This document shows positions 27,658 to 59,984 of a DNA stretch of 64,000 nt, piece after piece. Within the stretch, counting starts at the first letter, position 1, and the number at the start of each line of letters is the position of its first letter. The stretch is from Macrostomum lignano (lineage: Eukaryota). The DNA lies in the NCBI GenBank assembly GCA_002269645.1, contig NIVC01001170.1, positions 62,001 through 126,000 on the forward strand, in the 5' to 3' direction. Below the pieces are notes generated by a model. It ran no database searches, was not told where the DNA came from, and saw only the letters and a list, made by a program, of their open reading frames with translations. The position numbers and the translations under genes were made by a program.

Positions 27658-30600
27658 ATGCAAACAGCAATTCACGGCGCAGATTCTCTCTGCAACCCTG
27701 GCGGAAATTCCGAGGAGCAGCAGATGCCGCCGCCTCCTCCGCTGTCACCGCCTGCAGTCCATCAAGATGACGACAAAGACGAATTAGACGAAGCTCCGTC
27801 GTTTGCCGAATCCGCGCTGTTGAAGCAGCGCTCCAGACGGCGTTGGCTTCGGCGCATACGTCGGCGCCAAGCAATCCGGCGCCACTCTCTGGCGCACCTG
27901 TTCGGCTTGCTGCACCCGGACCAGCTCAGCCGGGTGCTCGGCAAGTCTGGCTTCGATCCCGAGGCCTACGTGACCGGCATTCGCCGATTGGCGGCTCCGC
28001 CACCGCCAAAGCTGCCGTCCTCCCTGCTGCTGTCCATGACTTCGGCGGCTACCGCGTCCAAGGCAGCGGCGCCTGTCAGCGACGATGCAACCAAGGCGGC
28101 TACAACCGCAACGTCGAATGCGGGCCCGACGGCGACCTCCGTGCTGCGGCACAGGCGAGTTCAGAGCGCCGGTGGCGACTCGTCGACTAGCGAGGCCGTT
28201 CAAAAGTCTGCCGAGGAAGTTGTGAGTTGCATTGCGGTCTGCTGCCGCTGCGAACTGGAGTAGCCTGGGGTTTCTTGGGATATTGCGGGAATTTGCGGCT
28301 GAGCAGCCAGCCTCCCAGATCCTCAGTTGCTGGGCCAGCTTCCCAGATCCTTAGTTGTTGGGCCAGCCTCCCAGACCCTCAGTTGCTGGGCCAGCCTCCC
28401 AGACCCTCAGTTGCTGGGCCAGCCTCCCAGACCCTCAGTTGCTGGGCCAGCCTCCCAGACCCTCAGTTGCTGGGCCACCCTCCCAGATCCTCAGTTGCTG
28501 GGCCAGCCTCCCAGACCCTCAGTTGCTGGGCCAGCCTCCCAGACCCTCAGTTGCTGGGCCAGCCTCCCAGACCCTCAGTTGCTGGGCCACCCTCCCAGAT
28601 CCTCAGTTGCTGGGCCAGCCTCCCAGACCCTCAGTTGCTGGGCCAGCCTCCCAGACCCTCAGTTGCTGGGCCACCCTCCCAGATCCTCAGTTGCTGGGCC
28701 AGCCTCCCAGACCCTCAGTTGCTGGGTTCTGGGTTTGTATTTTATTGCAAATGTATTCTAATAGAATTCTTAGAAAGTCCATATTCAAATTCGCGCGCCC
28801 GAAACTCAACACTGCCAGGCCGCCAGTCTGCTTTCCACGCAGGACGCAGCCGGCAACACGCGCAACCCGGCTGACTTCAAGAACATCTTCCTGAAGGGCA
28901 CCCAGTCGGCCAATCCGCACAATGACTACAGCCAGCACTTTGTTGACACCGGCCTGAGGCCGCAGAATTTCATTCGCGATGCCGGCCTGGCCAACCGGTT
29001 TGCTGAATACCCGAAATTGCGCGAGCTTATTCGGCTGAAGGACGAACTTGTGAAAGAGACGGCTACTCCGCCCATGTATCTCAAGTATGTATTAACTTCT
29101 CAAGTAACAGTTACCTAGAATTTTCTCTATTGTCACCCTCAGATTTCTCCCAATAGTCTCATATTATCATCTTCCTAATTGCCCCATCATAATATTCCCA
29201 GTTGCCCCTTCATAATTTTCCCAGTTTCCCCATCAAAATTTTCCCAGTTTCCCCACCATCATTCTCCCAGTTGCCTCATCATAATTTTCCCAGTTGCCTC
29301 ATCTATCATAATCTTCTCAATTGTCTCATCATAATCTTCCCAGTTGCCCCGTCAGAATCTTCCCAAAAGCCACCATCAGAATCTTCCCAAAAGCTACCAT
29401 CAGAATCTTCCCAAAAGCCACCATTTGAATCTTCCCAAAAGCCACCATCTGAATCTTCCCAAAAGCCACCATCAGAATCTTCCCAAAAGCTACCATCAGA
29501 ATCTCCCCAAAAGCCACCATCAGAATCTTCCCAAAAGCCACCTTCAGAATCTTCCCAAAGCCACCTTCAGAATCGTCCCAAAAGCCACCTGCCACCATCA
29601 AAATCTTCCCGATAGACGTACACCTTCAGAATCTTCCCAATCGTCACTTGCACCTCTAATTCCCAAACACCAGGTGCGACCTGCTCACCTTCAACTTGAA
29701 CGATCTCAACTGCAAATTTGACGCCATCTTGGTCGAGCCGCCACTCGAAGAGTACAACATATCGCACGGCGTTTATTACCCTCGCTATTGGTCCTGGGAC
29801 GAAATTGAACAGTTGAAAATTGAGGAGATCACCGCCCCCCGCTGCTTCGTGTGGCTCTGGTGCGGCAACGGCGAGAGTCTGGAGCACGGCCGCCGCTGTC
29901 TGCGCAAATGGGGCTTCCGTAGGTGCGAAGATATCTGCTGGATCAAGACTAACAAGGGCCGGCCAGGACACAAGCTGGTAGGCGGATTGTTTCTGGCAGT
30001 TAGATGTTCCTGATATTGGGGTGCGCTTGCCCCGTTGGATGATTGTTGGATTTTAGGGATTGTGAAGCTTGGGGATAATCATAAATTATGGGGATTGTCA
30101 TGAATTTTTGTGATTGTCATGAATTTTTGGGATTGTGAAGCTTGGGGATAATCATTAATTATGGGGATTGTCATTAATTATAGGGAATGTCATGAATATG
30201 GGGATTATCATGAATTATAGGGATTGTCATGAATTTTTGGGATTGTGAAGCTTGGGGATAATCATGAATTATGGGGATTATCATGAATTATAGGGATTGT
30301 CATGAATTTTTGGGATTGTGAAGCTTGGGGATAATCATTAATTATGGGGATTGTCATTAATTATAGGGAATGTCATGAATATGGGGATTGTCATGATATT
30401 TGGGGATTGTGAAGCTTCGGGATAATCATGAATTATGGGGATAATCATTAATTATGGGGATAATCATGAATTTTGGGGATTGTAAAGCTTGGAAAATGTC
30501 ATGAATTTTGGGGATTGTGAAGCTTGGAAAATGTCATGAATTATGGGGATTGTGAAGCTTGGAAAATGTCATGAATTATGGGGTTTGTGAAGCTTGGAAA

Positions 30601-31818
30601 ATGTCATGAATTATGGGGATTGTGAAGCTTGGAAAATGTCATGAATTATGGGGATTATCATGAATTATAGGGAATGTCATAAATTATGGGGATTGTCGTG
30701 AATTATAGGGAATGTCATAAATTATGGGGATTGTCGTGAATTATGGGGAATTTCATGAATTTTGTGGATTGTGAAGCTTGGAAGATGTCATGAATGATGG
30801 ATATTGTGAAGCTTGGAAAATTTCATGAATTATGGGGATTTGTGAAGCTTGGAAAAGGTCATGAATTATGGGGATTGTGAAGCTTGGAAAAGGTCATGAA
30901 TTATGGGGATTGTGAAGCTTGGAAAAGGTCATGAATTATGGGGATTGTGAAGCTTGGGGATTGTCATGAATTATGGGAATTATGAAGTCTGGGGATTGTC
31001 CTGAATTATGGGGATTGTGAAGTTTGGGGATTGTCATGAATTATGGGAATTACGAAGTCTGGGAATTGTCATGAATTATGGGAATTATGAAGTTTGGGGA
31101 TTGTCATGAATTATGAGGATTGTGATGTTTTTTACAGAGTCATTACGGAGTGCGATATAACTGCGGAACGTGACGAAACGCCCCCCTTCCTTCTGTCTGT
31201 TAAAGTACAACTGCTCGCACTTTTAATCCTCACCCTTAATCGCAGGTGGAGGCGGAGACGGCCCTATTCCAGCAGACCAAGGAGCACTGCCTCATGGGTA
31301 TCAAGGGCACGGTTCGCCGCTCCACTGATGGCGACTTCATCCATGCCAACGTTGACATTGACCTCATCATGCACGAGGAGCCGGGCTGGGGCCAGAAGGC
31401 GCACCCAGCCGAGCTGTTCAACATTATCGAGCACTTCTGTCTGGGCAGGCGCCGGCTGCACCTGTTCGCCAGGGACGACACCGTTAGAAAAGGCTGGCTG
31501 TCCCTGGGCCCCGAGCTGGCCGCTTCGAACTTCGATTCGCGCATCTATTCTGGCTATTTCAGCCGCGACGCGCAGGCCCACCTGACCGGCTGTACAGAGG
31601 AGATCGAACGCCTGCGGCCGAAATCTCCGCCGCCCAGAAATTCTGCTGCCGGAGGCAAATCGGCCTCGGCGGATGATGCCGGCGGAGGCGGCAGCAGCGG
31701 CGGCCCGTCTGTGGCCATTGGAGCGATGCAGCAGCCGGCGACAATCTATCCCATGCAGCCGCCTCCCCCGCCTGGGATTATTGCCCCAGCAGCGACTGTG
31801 CCTAATCCCATGCAGTAA
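27658..31818 (+). CDS. METTL14: m6A methyltransferase non-catalytic subunit METTL14; exons 27658-28221, 28843-29084, 29674-29977, 31246-31818
   Basis: [54 protein letters not shown] (degenerate EPPL), [61 protein letters not shown]. All joins are GT-AG and in frame. Confidence 0.97.
28300..28727. repeat. 28-bp GCTGGGCC family minisatellite, locus 3 (METTL14 intron 1)
   Basis: Visible tandem array. Confidence 0.95.
29340..29640. repeat. 24-bp minisatellite CCATCAGAATCTTCCCAAAAGCCA (METTL14 intron 2)
   Basis: Visible tandem array. Confidence 0.92.
30050..31110. repeat. Composite minisatellite GGGGATTGTCATGAATTAT / GTGAAGCTTGGAAAATGTCATGAATTAT (METTL14 intron 3)
   Basis: Visible degenerate tandem array. 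Confidence 0.9.
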
Positions 31819-32189
31819 GGCTTATCAGTCAGACAGTTAAAGTTGAGCATTTTTGGCTATATTATTCGGATGTATTCATTCACCGCTGTAACTCTGCTGC
31901 TTTATTGAAATACACCGGTTGGAAACCCCAGTTCATTAATTGCTTCAATTGTTGTTGCTATGCAGAAAATGTCGTGCGACTATGATGCCAGGAATATATT
32001 TGGTTGTTTTACTGTTTTTTACAAAGGAATCCGCTTTGATTCCTGAAAACGTGGTCTTTGAAGTCTACGCAGCAAGTTTTGCACAAGCTATATGTACATT
32101 TAAAAGAGATCGTTTCATTATCAAGTGAATCGTGTGAATTTCATAATCACTTCAATCAATATCTACAGATGATTTAGAAACACTGTGTG

Positions 32190-32515
32190 CACCTGGGTGC
32201 ACTTTAAGCGACATTGTCACACAACCCCATTCCGCAGACTCCCCTGAGCAGGCACACAAGCGCGCGGATACGTACGCAGTCATACGCACAGGCACACACA
32301 CAGGAGTGTACAGCGGCCCTAACTTTATTTATCGTTTGACATGTACACATCACTGTGCCTTGGGGGTTGGCCTTCAAGGGCGTTAATTGCACGAGCAGAG
32401 CCAAGCCGAGACTCCAATTTAGCCCCAAATTAATGTATGTGACTGCATTTGGAATCGAGCCCATGGGCCGCTGGCACATCAAAGCGCCACGCCAGACCAC
32501 TGGGCTACGGGTCCC
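32190..32515 (-). mobile_element. SINE family B, copy 3
   Basis: Reverse complement of 18718-19062 over ~320 bp. Confidence 0.82.
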
Positions 32516-33894
32516 TCATTTAGAAACCATTTCTAAGAATTTACTAATGCGTGATTTGAATATCACTAAAAAAGTGAAGTATCCAGGCGTTATACAGGTG
32601 ATTTTTGCCGGCGCCCACGTTTCCATTTCCTGTGGTTTCCACCAAGCAGATTTAATCGTTTAAGTATCTGCTACAAACTTTGTCAAAGTCTAATTAAACA
32701 ATTTGTGCATTCATGTATAGCGAAAATTCAGTTTAACCTATGAAAGTAAATAATAAACAAATTAAAATTGCAAATAGAAACTTTTTCTGCTCTTGTTCGT
32801 TTGTACCAACATCAAGGTCGCTGGTACACTGCTCTGCATCTCTGCTGGTGGTGGCGCCTGTATAATTGTAACAAAGTTAATTTTTTAATTATATACATAT
32901 ATAGATACGGTTGTTATAAACCATTTATTTCTGTTTCTATTGAATAACAAAAAACATTTTTATATACTTAGAGTGGGCGTGGAAACTGATATATCAATGC
33001 AGTAAAAATGATTAATTCAATAACTAGGCATGAAGGCCAGTATAAATTGAAATGTAATAAATGAAAACCTTTGCGATGGGGCAGATTATAAGTTGTGACA
33101 AATTTAATGCAGACAATGACGAATGCGTTCTGAGGGATAATTCAATATAATTATAATTGTATTATTAATCGGGTTTTAACTAAACTAGCAGAAACGACAT
33201 TCGAAAGAGGGTTAATAAATTATTACTGCAATACCATAAAATATTCTATAAAACTGAACTACACAATTCAAGAAATAAAAAGTGAGCATATCTCTTAAGA
33301 CTAATCCCAATGAAAAATACTTTTTTACAGTTGAATAACAAATTTAGCAAATGTTTGCAATCCGTACTACTTACAGTAAGTGATTTCTGTCGCATTCTTT
33401 ATTCGAAATTTTATAGTAAAAATGGCATATTAGAAGCTAACTCACAATGTGCACATATTTTTTGAGTAAATTAATATAGTAAAATAATATAAATAAAGTA
33501 TAACACAGCAAGCCATTCGAAATTCGTACAAATGACGCTCAAGTATAATTCAGTCCTAGTTAATATTATTAATAAGCATGCGGTTTATAAGTTAGGCATT
33601 TCGCTATGCAAAATAAAGTACTCGCAATTACGATTCATTCAAAGCCATCGAATTCAATCGTCACACGGGGGTTTACAATGAAAAAAATTGATTCGAAAAA
33701 TTCCAACCAACAATAAGGAATCAGCGCAGAGGGCGTCAAGGAAATAATAGATTTCGATCTGTCACACGCGAATTATAAGATCAAATTTGTGAGACAATGT
33801 GCACGCTGTTTATATGACAACCGCATGTGGAATATCGCATTACCACGTGCGCTTGTATTAGTCAAAAGGTTATTTTCCTAGGAATACCGGAACC

Positions 33895-34450
33895 GTTTCA
33901 TAGACTGTCGCTGAGGGAATTCCCAAATGGTTCTATAGACTGTTGCTAAGGGAATTCCCGAATGGTTCTGTAGACTGTTGCTAAGGGAATTCCCGAATGG
34001 TTCTGTAGACTGTTAAGGGAAATTCCAAATGATTCTATAGACCATTGCTAAAGGAATTCCAAAATGATTCTATAGGCTGTTGCTAGGGGAGGGAATTCAC
34101 GAATGGTTCTGTAGACTGTTGCTAAGGGAATTCCCGAATGGTTCTGTAGACTGTTAAGGGAAATCCCGAATGATTCTATAGACCATTGCTAAAGGAATTC
34201 CAAAATGATTCTATAGGCTGTTGCTAGGGGAGGGAATTCACGAATGGTTCTGTAGACTGTTGCTAAGGGAATTCCCGAATGGTTCTGTACTCGTAGACTT
34301 TTGCTAAGCGAATTCCCGAATGATTCTATAGACCGTTGCTAAGGGAATTCCCGAATGATTCTATATACTGTTGCTAAGGGAATTCCCGAATGATTCTATA
34401 CACTGTTGCTAAGGGAATTCCCGAATCATTTTATAGACAGGGGAATTCGC
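33895..34450. repeat. ~35-bp minisatellite GAATGGTTCTGTAGACTGTTGCTAAGGGAATTCCC
   Basis: Visible tandem array with higher-order variants. Confidence 0.9.
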
Positions 34451-34855
34451 GGATTATTTTATACGATGATCAAACATAGCCTCAGAAACTGAGGTCTTAA
34501 AAACGCACACACACAAGCACGCAAGAAACAGGACAGGAGGAAGAAAAACAATTTTTATTTCGATCGATAATTTGTAAATAAATTTTACAAGGTATAACTT
34601 TTTTATTTTTATTTGTCACGTACCGTGTAAAAAAACAAGTTCGGAGCCAAATTGCAACAGCAGCAAATCTTTTTTATCTGGTTAAAGCAGAAGAAATTTG
34701 CCGCAGAAGTTGTCACACAAAGTTGTCAGTCAAATCGTAGTTTTTCAAACTCTGAATTGAAAAAAAGAACAATAAGACCGATTAAGACTGGGTCCGCATT
34801 GTCTGTTTGCAGCCGGCAATCTTTGTCTACTCGGGACTGTCAATTAGTACTTTTC

Positions 34856-45774
<10,919 letters not shown>

Positions 45775-46295
45775 AGTAATTAAGGTGCAGAGGTTACAGG
45801 CTTACAACAAGGTAGTAGTATAAGTAGGAAAGTTTTTTATTTTAGTTATAGACCTGATGCTTGTCTTTTAGATTGCCAAATAAAAGAAAAAAACAAGCAG
45901 CCTACGAAGGGTCTCTACAGAGAAGTAAAAATTATTGCGTTATCTCGATAGTAAAGAGAATATAACAACTAGCAAATATAGCTCCAATGCCAACGTGATG
46001 TATCTTATATCTTTAAAGGTCCAGACGAAAATTATTTTTATTCAAAAAATCAAGACTTTTAGTAAACTAAAACAAATATATGTTAAGAAAAAACGCAGTT
46101 TTGAGTAACTGTCCTAAGAAGAATTTTTTAGTAAAAATAACACTTTTCACTGTTTATATTTTTCTAGCAATTGATCCAATGACTTTTTTCTAAGCGGTAT
46201 CCTACTTTTTAACTTGTACCTATTCCACTATTTTTTCACACAAAGCTTGTTGGTCGATTATATTTCAAAACTAAAACAGTCAAATCTAATTGACA
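45775..46295. promoter_or_regulatory. Putative bidirectional promoter between DNM1L and UNC119
   Basis: Divergent ATGs at 45774 (-) and 46296 (+), 521 bp apart. Confidence 0.6.
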
Positions 46296-48465
46296 ATGGC
46301 TTCACAAACTAAAGCAATTCCAAAGAAGAAAGGTGGAAGTGTCCTTGCAAGAAGAGCAAATGAATCAAAAGTGAAGACGGAAGATGATTTGCTTAAGTCT
46401 GGAACTATTCGTCCTGAGGATGTTCTTTGTCTGAAGTCGGCAACGAAAGGTAGGAGACAACAATGCCACTAAATTCTAAATTAACGATAGTATTTACTAG
46501 CATAGGTACCCCAAAGAAGTTTAAATTGAACAGAATGTACCATTCGGTATCGATTGAACGGTTCTCCTTTCATTGAATGCAAAGCTGTCCAAACCAAGTC
46601 CCCTATAAAAACAGCTCAGCTGCTGAGTTCAGGTAACTTTCCTATTTAGTTGTTTTATTGAGTCATAAAGTGGGTCAAAATATTTTTGACTTCGTAGGCA
46701 AGCTGGCAAGTGTATTCAAATAAATTATCTGCTTTACTCCGAAAAATAATGTAGTTTTGATTTTGACTAAATACAATTAGTTAACAAAGTAAGAGAATTG
46801 AAAAAATGATTTTGTTCGTTAAAAAATTCACTTAAAAATTTGATTGTTATCGTTTAAACTTCAGTCATTAGGCTCAAACTATAGCTAATTTGAATCGACG
46901 CCTAACCTCTTTATTTAAGAATACCTGTGCAGTACGGACGCAAACAAGTACGAAATCGAGTTCACGCGATTCAAGCTCCGCGATCTGGTGTCCAGTCAGG
47001 TCCTGTTCGAAGTTTCAAAACCGCCAGATTCGGGTACTGCATGAACTGAGATCTTTCCTGCCTTTTAATTGCATTTTTGTTTTTATTTATGCACCTACCT
47101 AATATCTAACTTTCCTACATGACTTTAGAAATTGTTCAAAACCCAGACGACCCGAATGCCGGTCGGTTCATTCGCTACCAGTTCCCGAAAGATTTTCTCC
47201 GGCTTAAAACTGTTGGCGCCACGTGAGAATTCTATTCTTAATTCTGTGATTTGTTATTTCTTTCTAGCCATTTTTCAGAGAAATGCATTCGTTGGTTTGA
47301 GTCGGTAAGTGCAACATGTTGTCCGTTTATAACTGAAGGTTCTAACGAAAGAATGCAGTGCAAGTATAAGCAACTGAAAAATTATATTTAAGCCAACATA
47401 GCATCTGCATGTACTTTTGCGCTGCACAAAACAGTGCTGCCTTCAAATAAAAAGGCAAAAGTACACCGCAGTGCCATCTTGCATCAGCTTTAGGGGCTAT
47501 GCTCTACTTTACGGGTATTTCTGCAGAATTTACCATAGTATTATTTACAAACTACATGTATATAGTACATGGCGATAACTTGACCTCTTTAATTCCATCA
47601 GAATCGAATTCACAGTCGGCGACCTGGAGATCACCAAATTCCGCATGATTGAGCGTCATTATTTTCGCGACCGGCTATTGAAATCGTTCGATTTCGATTT
47701 TGGCTTTGTTATACCGCATTCAAAAAACACCGTCGAGCATATTTACGAATTTCCGAGTCTAACGCAGGAGGAAGGTAAGATTTTAGCGTTTAAAGGTGCG
47801 CAAGTTTAGGGTGAGAGAGCTCGTGCGTGAGATCCATGCCAGCCCCCACAAGGCACAGAGAAATGTCTACATGCAGATGTATTATTACATTTTTGCGCTC
47901 TATTTGGCGAAATCTAAGTTTAATATGGTGCGAATTTGCCAGTAGGGTTTGGCCATAGACTTAGCAGAGAGCAGAAAGCAATTCGGAAATAGCCGTGTAC
48001 TTGTGTTCAATTTGCTCCGCCCAAAATTAGCTCTAGTACAAGAGACATGGCACATAGAGGCCGTTATTCCAAAATTAGCTTTCTAGACCCTTAGAGAATC
48101 TTTATAGAGAATCTTTAGTTAGCTCAAATAGAATGCAAATAGAGACCAAATTGATTGCTGGTTTTCTGCACAAGTCTATGGCAAACCCATGTCTTTCGGC
48201 TTGGCTTATTTCCGCTGCGTGTGTCCCTGTTCACGATATAGTGAATAAGTGGATTGGGTGATTGTGTGGGTGAGTTAGTGAATGAATAAGCAGTTTAATG
48301 AATGAGTAATGTAAGTAATAATGAGTAAAATCAATTTTGTTCGAATAACAAATTTCAGTCAAAGAGATGATTGACAACCCATTCGAGACGAAGAGTGACA
48401 GCTTCTACTTCGTGAATGATCGCCTCGTGATGCACAACAAAGCTGATTATGGTTACAACGGCTGA
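46296..48465 (+). CDS. UNC119: UNC119 (myristoyl-cargo carrier, PDE6delta family); exons 46296-46449, 46920-47033, 47129-47222, 47602-47774, 48359-48465
   Basis: [84 protein letters not shown]. Joins are in frame. Confidence 0.96.
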
Positions 48466-50191
48466 TGCGCCCTCGTGTGTAGGTTCAACAGCGCCTATGA
48501 CAATGTCGAATTCTGTTGCTGTACTACTATCAGATAATTATTCGACCTAATATTCTGGCATTCCAACTTGCTGTAATTCACTGTAATTGACTGTAATCTA
48601 ACTTCCTCTGTCAACCCGCTTGTTTTTAAATAACGATTTTCTCACTTTTCCTTCTTAGCGCATATATTTTTGTAGATATGAATTGCATCAAATCATTTTT
48701 CAAATTCAATCTTTTCACATGAGTACGCGGCTTTAAGAACTCATTGTAATTGTTTGACTCACCTGGCAGATCGGCTCGGTAGTGGATAATTGATAAATCC
48801 CTGATACATTAAAATACACGCTCGCACAGGGTGTGAACGAACCGAGCAACAACACCCCGGGTCAATGCGAATGCGGCAGTGCACTGAATAGAACAAGGGG
48901 TTGCGGATACCTGACTTTACCTGGCATAAGATGCCATAAGAATGTCTGACCCAGCTGACCCATGCTCTACTAATTCAACTTACAAAGTCCATGAGATTCT
49001 GGGGTAGACTTGGATCCAAGTTACATAATGCTTCTCAACATTTTAGCTCGCGCGACTCAGCAGGAAATGTCGTATAAATTTGTTATAACTTTTTGCCAAA
49101 TATTTTGCTAAACTTAACTAGAGGTAGCAAGCTGGTTTGTTTTACATTGACTAAATATAATAACTATTATATTACTATAATGACTTTGTTCTACTAAGAT
49201 TCAATTATAATTGAAAAACTCCAAGCAAAACTTTACTGTTCTGTTTGTGATTTGAATTTTTCCAAACAGCTCTGCGCTTACTCAGATGCATTCAACTCAT
49301 GAACTCATGACTAACTCACTCATGAACTCATGACTAACTCATTATCTCACTCATCATCTCACTCATGAACTCACTCATTAACTTACTCATGATCGCACAC
49401 TAAAAACAATCACAAAACAGTAAAGAAAAGGTCAAATATTCCTTTTATTATCTTTTTTGAGAAATTATATTCATATAGAGTTAAAACTTCATTTACTTCA
49501 CAAAAGTCTTCAATCTACTGTTGAACACACAATATACACTTGTATGTTACCGCTTGTAACGCATTGCCCGAACGGTCAAATTCAATGAAACATAATTATC
49601 AGTAAATGTTGCGGCGAAGACTACTCGTGGCCAGTAGCTAAAATAGTACATGTCTCGTATTCTTGTTATTGTAACAATAAAAAAACGTTATTGCTAATGA
49701 AGAATGTTGGACACCAAAGGAATTAAACTGCAACACTGTCGACATATTGCACAGGGACATTGTGTGTTCAATACCATGTATATGTATATTATATATGTAT
49801 GTATAAATAGCTTGGAAAAATACAGACTATCGAGTGCAGCAAAGATTAGCGAAGAGCGACGAGTTGAAACATTGGTGGCGCAATCTGTGTCAGAATAAAT
49901 GTCATTTGCAACAATCTTAGAACTAATATAAGTAAATCGACTTTGAGGCAAAATACGTTCTGTACGTCTAAATATAAATTTATTTTATCAAGTTCAGCAA
50001 TGTAGCGACGTAAATGATCGCACAAACAGGTAAAATATTGATTATTTGTGAGAATACTTATCAATTTTTTGTGTGTTTAACACACGCCATCTTGCAGCAT
50101 TTTTCTTTTCAGGTGGAATTTACCTGACTTTCTAGGCAGCTAGTGACAGAATTTAGACCACTTTCCCAGAAATACTTTTGAAGTCAAAATC

Positions 50192-51135
50192 CCAACATGA
50201 TCAGTTAAGGTGAGTCAAGATCCCAACATGATCAGCTAAGGTGAGTCAAGATCCCAACATGATCAGCTAAGGCGAGTCAAGATCCCAACATGATCAGTTA
50301 AGGTGAGTCAAGATCCCAATTGATCAGCTAAGACGAGTCAAGATCCCAACATGATCAGCTAAGGCGAGTCAAGATCCCAATTGATCAGCTAAGGTGAGTC
50401 AAGATCCCAACATGATCAGCTAAGGTGAGTCAAGATCCCAATTGATCAGCTAAGGCGAGTCAAGATCCCAACATGATCAGCTAAGGCGAGTCAAGATCCC
50501 AATTGATCAGCTAAGGTGAGTCAAGATCCCAACATGATCAGTTAAGGTGAGTCAAGATCCCAATTGATCAGCTAAGGCGAGTCAAGATCCGCCTTGATCA
50601 GCTAAAGTGAGTGAACATGATCAGCTAAGGTGAGTCAAGATCCCAATTGATCAGTTAAGGTGAGTCAAGATCCCAACATGATCAACTAAGGTGAGTCAAG
50701 ATCCCAACATGATCAGTTAAGGCGAGTCAAGATCCCAATTGATCAGCTAAGGCGAGTCAAGATTCCAACATGATCAGCTAAGGCGAGTCAAGATCCCAAT
50801 TGATCAGCTAAGGCGAGTCAAGATCCCAACATGATCAGCTAAGGCGAGTCAAGATCCCAATTGATCAGCTAAGGCGAGTCAAGATCCCAACATGATCAGC
50901 TAAGGCGAGTCAAGATCCCAATTGATCAGCTAAGGCGAGTCAAGATCCCAACATGATCAGCTAAGGTGAGTCAAGATCCCAATTGATCAGCTAAGGCGAG
51001 TCAAGATCCCAACATGATCAGCTAAGGTGAGTCAAGATCCCAATTGATCAGCTAAGGTGAGTCAAGATCCCAACATGATCAGCTAAGGTGAGTCAAGATC
51101 CCAACATGATCAGCTAAGGTGAGTCAAGATCCCAA
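50192..51135. repeat. 30/31-bp minisatellite GATCAGCTAAGGTGAGTCAAGATCCCAACAT
   Basis: Visible tandem array. Confidence 0.95.
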
Positions 51136-51577
51136 TTAAAATTCATTGAACTTTTACAGTTTTCAAAGTAGCCTTCAGCCATGGCTCAAAAACGCCTAGA
51201 ATCAAAAAAATTCCTCAGAAACAATGTCGCCCCACAGGAGAAGTTTAAAGCAGAGAAATGCAAGCAAGTTAGAAAACCCAATCTGTGCCAAAATTTAGTC
51301 ATCAAGCGCAGACAGACAGCAAAGCCAGATAGATAAACAAGTCTGAAATTTCATATCCGAACAGATGGAAACTAAGACAAATCTACTACGCATATGAAGG
51401 TGTTTAAATACGAGTATGTAATAATGAATTTGGTTATTTTTTAAATGGTAATTTGAAGAGACAAATAAAACTATAAAATTTTGAGTTATAATCAAATTCA
51501 GGTTTTAACAAAAATTAAACGGGTTTTCGGTGTCATAGTCATACCGAGATGCATCCGTAGAATATGAGTTTAGAGGC

Positions 51578-52320
51578 CTAGGTCAAGATCCAAAAGGATT
51601 TCCCATATTTCGAGGCATGGGTCAAGATCCCAAAAGATTTCCCATATTTAGGCCTGGGTCAAGATCCCAAGGATTTCCCATATTTGGAAGCCTGGGTCAA
51701 GATCCCAAAGGATTTCCCATATTTAGAGGCCTGGGTCAAGATCCCAAGGATTTCCCATATTTCGAGGCCTGGGTCAAGATCCCAAGAATTTCCCATATTT
51801 CGAGGCCTGGGTCAAGATCCCAAAGGATTTCCCATATTTCGAGGCTTGAGTCAAGATCCCAAAAGATTTCCCATATTTGGAGGCTTGGGTCAAGATCCCA
51901 AAGGATTTCCCATATTTGGAAACCTGGGTCAAGATCCCAAAAGATTTCCCATATTTAGGCCTGGGTCAAGATCCCAAGGATTTCCCATATTTGGAAACCT
52001 GGGTCAAGATCCCTAAGGATTTCCCATATTGGAAGCCTGGGTCAAGATCCCAAAGGATTTCCCATATTTAGAGGCCTGGGTCAAGATCCCAAGGATTTCC
52101 CATATTTCGAGGCCTGGGTCAAGATCCCAAGAATTTCCCATATTTGGAGGCCTGGGTCAAGATCCCAAGGATTTCCTATATTTCGAGGCCTGGGTCAAGA
52201 TCCCAAGGATTTCCCATATTTCGAGGCCTGGGTCAAGATCCCAAAAGATTTCCCAGATTTAGGCCTGGGTCAAGATCCCAAGGATTTCCCATATTTGGAA
52301 ACCTGGGTCAAGATCCCAAG
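51578..52320. repeat. ~38-bp minisatellite GCCTGGGTCAAGATCCCAAGGATTTCCCATATTTCGAG
   Basis: Visible tandem array; shares GTCAAGATCCCAA with 50192-51135. Confidence 0.95.
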
Positions 52321-52537
52321 GAAAACTCATAATCGCTAGCAACATCCCAAGGAATTTCAACGAATATTATAAAAATCCCTAAAATTACCATTGAAACTTC
52401 CATAAAATTCCCAAATAAGTTTTTCGGGTCCCTATATAACTTGCCCAGTCGAATAAAATTTGTAACAATAAGTTTGGCAAGAGCTTCATTCGGAGAGGAG
52501 GAGAGTTACAGCTGGGTTGCTAGGCGCGGACAGAGCT

Positions 52538-59886
<7,349 letters not shown>

Positions 59887-59984
59887 CTGTGGTAAGAATG
59901 AAAATAGATTGGGTTTTGAGCCAGGAAAATCAATAAATTACAAAACTTGCAAGCTATTGTACTTTTATAGTATGAGACTAAACG

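Noticed and set aside
32730-32857. Minus-strand exon-like stretch that could end in a hydrophobic tail (FLFAILICLLFTFIG)
   Set aside because: No upstream exons found, and the hydrophobic tail can arise from AT-rich UTR sequence.
48755-48930. ACTCACCTGGCAG resembling the U1 snRNA 5' end, with nearby hairpins
   Set aside because: No U1 loop I, loop II or Sm site. It is more likely the reverse complement of a donor-like sequence, and the one open minus frame shows no recognisable homology.
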